From assembly GCF_004010195.1 (NCBI RefSeq), contig NC_057752.1:6752811-6787406 (forward strand): 34,596 nucleotides of DNA, in the 5' to 3' direction. Within the stretch, counting starts at the first letter, position 1, and each line of letters opens with the position of its first letter. The notes below the pieces were generated by a model. The model made no database searches and was not told where the DNA came from. It saw nothing but the letters and a program-made list of their open reading frames with translations. The stretch is from Chiloscyllium plagiosum. Lineage: Eukaryota. This document shows, in pieces, positions 1 through 9,761 of the stretch. A program made the translations under genes and the position numbers.

Positions 1-189
1 CAGTTTAAGCAGGACAGTCTGAGCAGTGTCATTAAACTGAATATACAGTTAATCATCTTGGTAATAGACAAGACTTATACTTTCAAAGTGATTTAAAAAT
101 GATGATTTATATGATAGTCGATTTTGTTGATAAATTAGCTAAAGGTTGGAACTGGTTGTGTCTCGCACATTGTTTGGTCTAGTGACGAC

Positions 190-590
190 CTGGCTCAGTG
201 ACTTATGCAGAATTCTTGCCTCAAAAGTTCTGGATTTAACTTCGCTCCAAGACTTAAACGTGAAATCTTGGCTCCGGCACTTGAGAAACTGGCTGCATTG
301 TCAGAGATGCCATTTGGATGAGACTAAACCAAGACTCCATCTGCATCTTCCATTGGTGCAGGAGGATGCTGAATCCATTATTCAAAGAAAAGTAGGGAAT
401 TTACCAAGTATTCTGGCAAATTCTTGCTGTTCAACACCACTAAAACTATGAAATGGTCATCCATCTCCTCCGTTATGGCACAGTGCTGTTTATCAAATGG
501 TAATGTTCATTGTATTTCAAAGCAAGTCATTGTACGTGAAACACTTTGGTATGCCAAGAAAAGCATGATAAAGCATTATATGAATACCAA
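190..590 (+). mobile_element. Decayed Deu-domain SINE (SacSINE1/AmnSINE1-like)
   Basis: tRNA-like head (tggctcagtg...), core 'gctgcattgtcagagatgccatttggatgagactaaaccaagactccatctgc', tail 'aaacactttgg...gcattatatgaat'. Colinear with the reverse complement of 3878-4465. Confidence 0.65.
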
Positions 591-817
591 TTATTATTTC
601 TGTTTACAATCGTCACTTGTTTCAAAAAGTCAGTTTCATTGCAAATGTCATGTGCATCACCTAGAATTTCAGAAATTGGAAAATCTTGTGTTTTCCAGCA
701 CACTCATCTTTGATTTTACTGAATACAAAGAATGCTATGTTGAAAGGCTAATATGTTTTTTAGTTGCTTGTTTTTTTTCTTGCTCTTTGACCTTTCTGTA
801 TAATCTTTCCTCTTCAG

Positions 818-985
818 GTGAACGCCCTTTTCATTGTAACCAGTGTGGCGCCTCATTCACACAGAAAGGAAATCTCCTGCGGCACATCAAATTACACTCT
901 GGGGAGAAGCCTTTTAAATGTCCATTCTGCAATTATGCCTGTCGAAGAAGGGATGCACTCAGCGGACATCTCCGAACGCATGCAG
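818..985 (+). CDS. IKZF4: Ikaros-family zinc finger protein 4 (Eos), internal coding exon encoding C2H2 fingers 2 and 3
   Basis: Polypyrimidine tract and AG at 816-817 (tctttcctcttcag); 168-nt phase 1-1 exon; donor GT at 986-987. Translation (G)[55 protein letters not shown] is Helios/Eos type (PFHC...CPFC). The Eos assignment rests on the next exon. Confidence 0.93.
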
Positions 986-1362
986 GTTCGTGGGTGGAAT
1001 TTTGTCAAAAACATGGAGAGAAAAGTGAACTTTTGACACACAAAAAAATTTTAACCTTCCCTTGCACAACAGCTGTTTTAAAGATCTGGGAAGAAATTGA
1101 GTAACTAGAACAATGGAATTGGATTTAAGGGAGGAATAATTTGCGCAAAATCAGCTTTGTCTCAATTTTCATTCTGTGAGCAAAGCAAAGGTTTTGAATC
1201 AATTTAACCAGAACATGTATCCGATTTATTTACAATTAACAGCATTTCTTTAATTTTTAATATGCAACTTATTATTCTCCTAAAGGTTTCATGTTCTTAT
1301 TACGCTTCTGTGGATATGCTTATTGTTTCCTGCTTATCCAAAGAGATGAGAAAGATAGCGAG

Positions 1363-1620
1363 TTTTGAGAAGATTTGTAGCTCAGGTTGAGGTTCTGGAT
1401 GTAGGTTTGCTCACTGAGCTGGGAGGTTTGTGTTCGGATGTTTCGTCACCATGCTAGGCAATATCATCAGTGAGTCTCCGCATGAAACACTTGTGGTGTG
1501 GCCTGCTTTTTATTTGTTTGTTTTGGTTTCCTTGGGTTGGTGATGTCATTTCCTGTTCTTTTTCTCAGGGGGTGGTAAATGGGATCCAAGTCAATGTGTT
1601 TGTTGATAGAGTTCCAGTTG
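1363..1620 (-). mobile_element. Penelope-like retroelement 3' end/pLTR with decayed hammerhead motif
   Basis: Minus strand encodes NWNSINKHIDLDPIYHPLRKRTGNDITNPRKPK, resembling the C-terminus of PLE ORFs after the GIY-YIG domain. It is followed by CTGATGA-TATTGCC-TAGCAT-GGTGAC-GAAAC-ATC (1470 down to ~1437). Confidence 0.75.
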
Positions 1621-1747
1621 AGTCCGACTTTTCAGAATGCAGCTGTGCTGGCTAGAACCTCACGAGATAAAATCAGCTAGGTTACAAATGATACATGCTT
1701 TTATTTAAAATTGTGTTGGACAAAAATGTGGTTAGCTTTAAATGTAA

Positions 1748-1951
1748 GAGACACAAATACTGCACATGCTGGAATCCAAAGTAGACAGGCAGGCGGCTGG
1801 AAGAATGCAACGAGCCAGTAAGCATCCGGAGGTAGCGAAGTCGACGTTTCAGATGTAACCCTTCTTGAAAGAAGGGTAACACCCAAAACATTGACTTCAT
1901 TACCTCCTGATGCTGCCTGGCTTGCTGTGTTCTTCCAACTTTATGCCTGTC
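1748..1951 (-). mobile_element. Short fold-back, Penelope-derived non-autonomous retroelement with 14-bp TSD
   Basis: TSD AGCTTTAAATGTAA at 1734-1747 and 1952-1965; imperfect inverted arms 1784-1866 and 1869-1951; minus strand reads AAGAAGGGTTACATCTGAAACGTCGA (hammerhead stem II + GAAACGUC). Confidence 0.8.
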
Positions 1952-2431
1952 AGCTTTAAATGTAAATAATAAATTGTAGATGTGGAGAATAATGGGGAAG
2001 GCTTATTTTTATTTTGGTTAAACATGTCCATGGTGAAATAAAAGTTCTTTGATTGAAGCAGTGCGTAACTTCTTCCACTTCAGAGATTGGAAAGCCGCCT
2101 CCTTAGGGCTTCCTAAAACACTTCACAATAAACAAAGTACTTGAGAGCTGAATATAGTGCTTCTGCAGATGATGTAGAATCTTACAAGCAGTTTTTTAAA
2201 TGTTACTTTGCTGTTTCACTTTATTAAATTATTGGTCAACTGAAAAAATAATTGTGTGATTTGGTTACTCAGTTTAGCAGCATCTTTCTGCAACCTATCT
2301 GAGTTCCTAAAATATTGCAATTAGTTTCACAGTTGTGTTACTCCTTCTGGTGCAAAATTGTTTTAAGGGAAATAATTTGTGAATATTTGGAATATATTAA
2401 GGGAAAGGAGGTTTATTCAGGAATTTAACTT

Positions 2432-2620
2432 GAAGCAGAAAATGCTGGGGGTGGGGTGTGTGAAAGAATCTGGTCAGGCAACATCTGTGGAAAGAGGAGA
2501 AGTGGTAATGTTTTTAATCATTGTCCCCTCTTGAGAATACTGACCTGGAACATTAATTCTGTTTCCCTCTCCACAGATGTAAGCTGATACTTCTGAATAA
2601 AAGTGACATTTTCAGCAAAA
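2432..2620. repeat. Old fold-back element of the same class
   Basis: Inverted pair ACATCTGTGG (2481-2490) / CCACAGATGT (2571-2580), plus gaaaatgctgg versus attttcagca; decayed 'gacctggaacatt' core. Confidence 0.5.
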
Positions 2621-2789
2621 ACGCCTTGCGTTTTGCTGTTTAGAGAGAATACAAAGTTGAAAAGGTCTCAGCTGTCTGAAGATGGTTTGATACTGTAACA
2701 CCTCTACACTTGTCCAGATAGTACTATTCTGCACAGCTTTCACACTGCATCGCATTGTATTTCTGAGGTTTAAAGGAGGCAACAGAACT

Positions 2790-3660
2790 TACGTTAATTA
2801 CTTGGACAAAGGGACTAAGGGTAATTTATCTAAATTTGCTAATTTTTTAAAAAGTTAAATGAGAACGTAAGCTGTGACGAGGGCATAGGCAGCAAGGAGA
2901 TGTTGACAGGTTAAGGAGTGCACAACAAAATGGCAGATGGAGTATATTGTGGGGAAGTGTGAAGCTGATCATTCTCTTGGTAAGAATAGAAAGCGGAATC
3001 TTTTCAAGAAGGCATGATTATTCAGTTATTCATATATGTTCTTCAGACAGTTTGGTGTACTCTTACAAAGAACACAATTAGCATGCAGGTGCAGCAAGCA
3101 ATGAGGAAGGCAAATGTCAAGTTAGCCTTCATTGCAGGAATAAGAAAACCTTCCTGTAATGGTGCAGGACTTTGGTAAAACCATACTTACGAATACTGTG
3201 CATATCTGAAGGATATATTTGCCTCAGAATAAGTTCAATAAAGGTTCTCTAGATGAGTTCTCGGGATGAGAGAGAGTGTTGTCCTGTGATGGAAGGTTGA
3301 GTAAATTGGGTCTGTATTATCTGGAGTTCAGAAGAATGAAAGATGATCTCATTGAAATACACAGCGCTGAGAGATTATTTCCCCCTGGCTGGGGAATCTA
3401 GAACATTGGTTGGGGCATGGGCACAGTCTCATGATGATAAGGGATTGATCATTTAGGACTAAGAAGAACCTTGTAGGTGCTACATCAATGAGTCCTTTCA
3501 AGACTAATATTGACAGATTTTTGATCTTTCAGGGAATCGGGGGACGTGGGAAGGATGTGGGGGGAAAATAGAGTTGAGGTGGTAGATCAGCCATGATCTC
3601 ATTCAATGGTGGAGGAGGCTTGAGGAGCTGACAGGTCTGTGCCTCTTACTTCATATGTTC
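2790..3660 (+). mobile_element. Old CR1 LINE fragment (RT C-terminal part and 3' end)
   Basis: Decayed motifs 'tctaaatttgctaa' (SKFAD), 'aaatggcagatggagtat' (KWQMEY), 'gatgatctcattgaaatac' and 3' UTR 'agatcagccatgatctcattcaatggtggaggaggcttgagg'. Confidence 0.75.
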
Positions 3661-3877
3661 TCAACTACTGTTTTCAGGATAAACCAAGTGATTGCAACTG
3701 CTGGGTAAGATTGAATGAGTTGGAGTTTCTTCTCAAAAGAGGAGACTTTGTGGTGACCTAATAGATGTTCTATAATAGATGAGTTAGACAGAGTAGACAT
3801 GGAGAAATGTTTTCACATGTTGGAGAATAAGTACAAGATACATTCTAACATCTTTAATCCAAAGATTGAATATCCAA

Positions 3878-4465
3878 TTTATCTAACACCTTTCATGACC
3901 AAAGCTCTCTACAGCCGATTAAGTACTTTTGAAATGGAGTTAGTCATTGATGCAAAATAGGAAATGTGGCCTCCAATTTTTGTATAGCAAATTCTCACAA
4001 ACAACAATATTAATGTGACTAAATAATCTGTTTTTGCAATATTGATAGAGGGATAACAATTGGCCAGGACACTGGAGATTACTCAAACAAAAACAGGAAT
4101 TGTTGGAAAGTTGAGTAAGGGTCACTTGACCCAAACCATTAACTCTGATTTCTCTCCAGCGATGCTGCCAAACCTATCCAGCAATTCCTGTTTTTTGTTT
4201 CTAATTTACAATATCCGCAGTTCTTTCGGGTTTTTATTTACTGGAGATGGCTTCCATGATCTTGCTTGAGCTCGTGCCGTGGGACCTTTCTGGTCCCCCT
4301 GAGAGGGGCTAATCTCGTGTCTTTGAAAGGTCTCCACTTATAAAACACCACCATGGATGGTACAGCATTCCCACAATATGAGAGTCCACCTAGAATTTTG
4401 TGCTCAAGTTCTGAATATGGGGTGGACACACAAACCTCTGACTCAGATGTGAATGCTGACAAATG
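3878..4465 (-). mobile_element. Decayed Deu-domain SINE (SacSINE1-like), interrupted by a fold-back insertion
   Basis: Reverse-strand tail 'tttatctaacacctttcatgacc', body 'ttggccaggacactggagat...gtgccgtgggacctt' and tRNA head 'tgtgctcaagttctg...cctctgactcaga'. Confidence 0.7.
4080..4239 (+). mobile_element. Fold-back Penelope-derived element with 9-bp TSD nested in a SINE
   Basis: TSD ACTGGAGAT at 4071-4079 and 4240-4248; inverted pair aaacaaaaacaggaattgttgga / tccagcaattcctgttttttgttt; decayed hammerhead TGAGTAAGGGTC-ACTT-GACCC-AAACCATT at ~4112-4140. Confidence 0.7.
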
Positions 4466-4494
4466 GAAATGAGAAACAACTTTGATTGAAGCGG

Positions 4495-5240
4495 GAACAT
4501 AGGAAAGGAGTAGGCCATTCAGCCCTTCGAGCCTGTTCTGTCATTCACTGAGATCATGACTGATCTGTGGCCTAACTCCATATACTGTGCCTGCTTTTGG
4601 CCCATAGCCCTTAATACCTTTTGCTTAACAAAAAAAGATGTAACTCAGATTTAAAATTAAGAACTGATCTAGCATCAACAGCCATTTCTGGAAGAGAGTT
4701 CCAAATATCTTACACGTTGTGTAAAAGTGCTTCCTAACATATCTCCTGAATGGTCTGACCCTAATTTTTAGATTTTGCCCCTGAATTTTGGAATTCCCAA
4801 CCATTGGAAATAGTTTGTTTTTCAAATCTGCTTACAGGGTCCAAGTGAAGTTTAACGAGGGTTTTGTGTAACTGCAGCATAATGTCTGCACCCTAACACT
4901 CCAGTCCTTGAGAGATAAAGGCCAGCAGTCCATTAGCTTTCTTGATTATTTCCTGCACTTGTTTGTGGCATTTTAAAGATCTATGCACCTGAGTCCCACC
5001 CCCAAATCTCTTTGGACATCCAGTATATTGAACTTCATACCATCTAGAAACTATCCCGATCTATCCTTTTTGCTCCAAAAGGTATAACCTCACACTTGCT
5101 TATATTGAACTCCATCTACCAATTTTGCCCATTCACCACCTCCATTAATATCACTTTGTAATTTTATGCCATCATCTACACTGTCTACAGTGCTGCCTCA
5201 CTTTGTGTCATCAGCAAATTTGGTTATTTGACTTGTGATG
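4495..5240 (-). mobile_element. CR1 LINE 3' fragment
   Basis: Reverse 3' end 'aacataggaaaggagtaggccattcagccc'; 'tttgtgtcatcagcaaattt' reads KFADDTK on the minus strand. Confidence 0.8.
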
Positions 5241-5423
5241 CTGTTATGGAACATGCTGCCCCAGGAAATAATTGAGACAAATGGCTTAAATGCTTTCAAA
5301 GGAAACTAGGCGGCTGCATGAGACAAAAGGGAATAGAAAAATGCTGAAAGCTTCAGTTGGAATGGAAGGAAATGCATGTGAAATATAAGCACAACCAAAG
5401 ACTAGTTGGCCAAATGCCTTAAG

Positions 5424-6966
5424 TAAAGATGGATAAATCCCCGGGACCTGACCTATTGAGCTCTGTGGGAAGCTAGGAAAGTGACTGCTGGGCTCCTTGC
5501 TGAGATATTTGTATCATCGATAGTCACAGGTGAGGTGCTGGAAGACTTGGAGGGTAGTTAACGTGGTGCCACTGTTTAAGAAAGGTGCTAAGGACAAGCC
5601 AGGAAACTATAGACCAGTGAGCCTGGCATCAGTGGTGGGCAAGTTGTTGGAGGGAATCCTGAAGGACAGGATTTACATGCATTTGGAAAGGCAAGAACTG
5701 ATTAGGGACAGTCAACATGGCTTTGTGCACGGGAAATCGTGTCTCATGAACTTGAGTTTTTTTTTTGAAGAAGTAACAAAGAGGACTGATTAGGGCAGAG
5801 CAATTGATATGATCTATAAGGACTTCATTAAGGTGTTCGACAAGGTTCCTCATGGTAGACTGGTTTGCAAAGAGTAGATCACACTGAATAGATGGAGAAC
5901 TAGCCATTTGGACACAGAACTGGATCGAAGGTAGAAGACAGAATGGTGGTGGTGGAGGGTTGTTTTTCAGACAGGAGGCCTGTGATCAAGGTCCGTGCTG
6001 GGTCCACTACTTTTCATCATTTATATAAATGGTTTGGATGAAAACATAGGAGGTATGGTTAATAAGTTTGCAGATGACACCAAAATTGGTAGTGTAGTGG
6101 ACAGCAAAGAAGGTTACCTCAGATTACAACGGGATCTTGATCAGATGGACCAATGGGCCGAAGAGTGGCAGATGGTGTTTAATTTAGATAAACGTGAGGT
6201 GCTGCATTTTGGAAAGGCAAATCTTAGCAGGACTTATACACGTAATGGTAAGGTTCTGGGGAGTGTTGCTGAACAAAGAGACCTTGGAGTGCGAGTTCAT
6301 AGCTCCTTGAAAGTGGAGTCACAGGTGGGTAGGATAGTGAAGAAGGCGTTTGGCATGCTTTCCTTTATTGGTCAGAATATTGAGTATAGGAGTTGGGAGG
6401 TCATGTTGCGGCTGTGCAGGACATTGGTTAGGCTACTTTTGGAATTCTGTGAGCAATTCCAGTCTCCTGGCTAGAGGAAGGATGTTGTTGAACTTGAAAG
6501 GGTTCAGAAGAGATTTACAAGGATGTTGCCAGGGTTGGAGCTTTTGAACTATAAGGTGAGGCTAAATAGATTGGGGCTATTTTCGCTGGAGCATCAGAGA
6601 CTAAGGGGTTACCTTATAGAGGCTTATGAAATCATGAGGGGTGAGGATAGGGTAAATAGAAAAGGTTTTTTTCATGGGGTGGGGAAGTCTAAAACTAGGG
6701 CATAGCTTTAAGTTGAGAGGGGAAAGATTTAAAAGGGACCTAAGGAGCAACCTTTTCACACAGAGAGTGGTGCATGTATGGAATGAGCTGCCAGAGGAAA
6801 TGGTGGAGACTGGTACATTTAAAAGGCATCTGGATGGGTATATGAATAGGAAGGGTTTAGAGGAATATGTGCCAAATGCTAGGGAATAGGACTAGATTAA
6901 TTTGGGATATCTGGTCGGCATGGACGACTTGGACCAAAGGGTCTGTTTCTGTGCTGGACATCTCTA
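5424..6966 (+). mobile_element. 5'-truncated CR1 (HER1-like) LINE, ORF2 reverse transcriptase pseudogene
   Basis: ORF pieces PLFKKG..PGNYRPVSL, SQHGF..GKSCL, LGPLLFIIYIN, KFADDTK, LFTQRVVHVWNELP; stops and frameshifts; 3' tail 'ggaccaaagggtctgtttctgtgctggacatctcta'. Confidence 0.95.
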
Positions 6967-7609
6967 GTGTTGGTCTAGTCATGTGCAGGTTAAGTGAAGT
7001 ATCACATCGGAATTATTTTTAATCTGAGAAGGCAGAGGTTAGTGACGTTTGTAATCAAATGTAATCTTCTATTTTGGCTTTCTTCTATATTGTACTTAAA
7101 AGTAAATCTATTCTGTACTTTATACATTAAGACAGAGTCTGGACAGCATATTTGTTCTTTCACTGCCCAAAGCCTACAACAGCTCAAGAGCCAGTAACCA
7201 TTCTGACCTAATTACAACAACAATTTCATTTCTGTTCAACCATTGGGTTATATCATATTTTCATCTTATTGGGTTTACAAGGTCAAGCTCCAGTTTGTTG
7301 AGATAGAGGCCTTTGCTACTAAGTCTAGGAGAAGTCTAAAATCATAACTGGTTCTGAGCTATTTTCTGCAACAAAAAAAGCCAAATTTAATAAACAAATT
7401 GTTCTGTGCATTCAAAGTTATTTATCTGTAAACCTGCAGTAGTGTCACAAGTGCTCTTATTCCCTCCTGCAAATATTCTACCACACTACTTTCAGCTGTT
7501 TGTCAACTGGAAAAATCAATGAGGCTAAACAGTGCCTCAACTACTTGAAACAAATTTCCAGCTTTAGTCCACCCAATTTTTTTTAAAATGTATTATTTCA
7601 TAGAATATG

Positions 7610-8460
7610 TTGCCACTGACAGATGGTATTTATTACCCATCTCCGAATTGCCCTTGAACATGGTGGTGAGTTGCTGCCTTAAAATTACAGCCCATGTAGG
7701 TACACCTACAGTCCTGTCAGCAAGGAAGATCTGGGATTTTGACCTGGAGTGATCTAGTTCCAAGTCATGATGGTGAGTGGCTTGGAAAGGAACTTGCAGA
7801 TGGTGGTGTTTGTATGCATCTGCTGCTCTTCTGCTTGGGTTTGGACAGCATGCGTTTGGAAGAAGCTGACTAGATTTACAAAAATTTACTAACTTGATAA
7901 CTGGAATGTGTAGGTTGTCTTATGTGCATAAATTTGATAGACTGGAATTAGTTTCACTAAAGTTTGAAGAGTGAGGGGTGATTTGATTGAAGTATACAAG
8001 ACCCTGAATGGCTTTGTTAAATAGGCATCAAAACGATGTTTCTTCGTGTGGGTGAGTCCAGAACTAGGGGACACTGTTTTAAAATTAGGTCACCGTTTTA
8101 GATCAGAGATGAGGTTTTTTTTTTGAGGGTTGAGGGACTTTGGAACTCTGCCTCAGAAGGTGATGGAGGTCAGGTCATTGAATATTTTAAGGCAAAAGTG
8201 GAGAGATTCCTGTTAATCAGGGGAATTGGGGCATGTGAGAATGTGGGAGTCAAAATGCAAACATATCAACCTTATCTTTATCAAATAGGGGAACAGACTT
8301 GAATGGCTTACTTCTATTTCAAACGTTTTTACATTGAAGGAGCCTTGTTGTTTGCTGTAGTGCATCTTGCAGATTGTACACACTGCTGCCCCTGTGCACT
8401 GGTGGTGAAGGGAGTGAATGTTCAAGGTGCCAATCAAGTAGGCTGCTTTATCTTGGATGT
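7610..8460 (-). mobile_element. Old LINE 3' fragment (CR1/L2 clade) split by a younger CR1 piece
   Basis: Common shark repeat 'tatttattacccatctccgaattgcccttgaacatggtggtgag...' stops at ~7870 and resumes at ~8338 'aaggagccttgttg...gtgcatcttgcagattgtacacactgctgc'. Confidence 0.55.
7935..8320 (+). mobile_element. CR1 LINE 3' fragment
   Basis: 'agagtgaggggtgatttgattgaagtatacaag' (RVRGDLIEVYK), 'tccagaactaggggacac' and 'tggaactctgcctcagaagg'. Confidence 0.8.
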
Positions 8461-9761
8461 CAGATATGTTTTTTGTACTGATGTGCTGGGCTCCCTCATC
8501 ATATGACGATTGGAATTTTCACTATTGGTTTTTTTCAGTTGTTCACCACCATTCACGACTGGCAGGACTGCAGAGCTTGCATCTGATCCATAGGTTGCTG
8601 GATGGCTTAGCTCTGTCAAAAGCTACTTCACTGTTTGACATGCACGTAATTCTGTGTTGCCATTTCACCAGGCTGACACCTAACTTCTGAAAAGTGACTT
8701 TATTGGTGGTTCTTTCTTTGTTCTATATTGCAGTTACACTGAGATACTTCATCAAACCAACCTATAATCTTGCTTTTCCAAGTTTGACATCTGATATGTC
8801 CCCAGTCTGCTGTTACATATGGTCTCTATATCAACCAAGACTGAACCATGAAATGCTAACCCCCTTGTTACTTCTTGCAAATCCATAAATGTATTTGTTA
8901 ACGTGTCTACAAATAAAATAAAACATTTTAATATTATGAATGTTGGACCTTGAAGTAATTTAACACTGCACTCTTGGAATAGCTGGTGCAAGTTACTTTG
9001 TGACTTTACTCTTGCACTTTTTCATATATGAACTTAATTACAAGGCTGTGTATTAAAATCACTTTCCAGTGTGTCCATTGTTCTAATATATGTGAAAATT
9101 TCTCCATATTGGGGGAAATCTGAGGAGGGAGCTAATAAGTGAAATCCATTGCGAACTTGTTTGAATACATGGAAAATATTACTTTTCAAAGTGCAATGCT
9201 TTAAAATAGGTTTTAAATTTGTTATTACTGAGCAAGATCTGATAGACTTGACTTACGAATTAATTACATGTATATTTTCCACAATCGTGTTAGAATCTAT
9301 ACCCTTATCTGATGCTATTCAGACTATCATGCCCACCATAAGCATGTGCTTTTAGTTTTAAACTGTTTTGAACCAATATGGCAAGCAGGTGGAATGATGT
9401 CACTGTTGATATAGACCAAACCAAACCCCCTGCAGATATATCTAGGAGATAACCTAGACCCGTCTTATTTAGAGGCACATGTAAGATGTGTTCCAGGTGT
9501 AATTGGTCATACTACCTGGCTTTAAGTAAAGCACACTTTGTTCTTATCCCCTGGTTAAAATACAAGCCAAAGAAAGAAGATTTGATTTAATTAACTCTAT
9601 TGGAAAACTTAAGTGTGCCACAAGAGGGCCCTTCTGTTGTGTTTAACTGTTCAGTATTTAACTATGTGCACCTCGTATCTGTTGAGTGATTAGTTAAGAC
9701 TGGATAGGGTAACTGAGAAAAAGAACATAAACTGCAGGTAAGCACTAATAAGCATTAGAGC

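Noticed and set aside
424..1104. 226-aa ORF as a complete single-exon zinc-finger gene
   Set aside because: Only 818-985 is exon, bounded by splice sites. The N-terminal part is SINE and intron sequence, and the C-terminal part is intron read-through.
1437..1470. Active hammerhead ribozyme (also at 1840-1870 and 20140-20200)
   Set aside because: Every copy has lesions in CUGANGA, GAAA, stem II or the GUC triplet, so they are reported as decayed motifs only.
5530..6889. Active reverse transcriptase gene or novel RT system
   Set aside because: These are fragmented ORFs with stops and frameshifts of ordinary 5'-truncated CR1. The same applies to 9762-12113 and 22582-24148.
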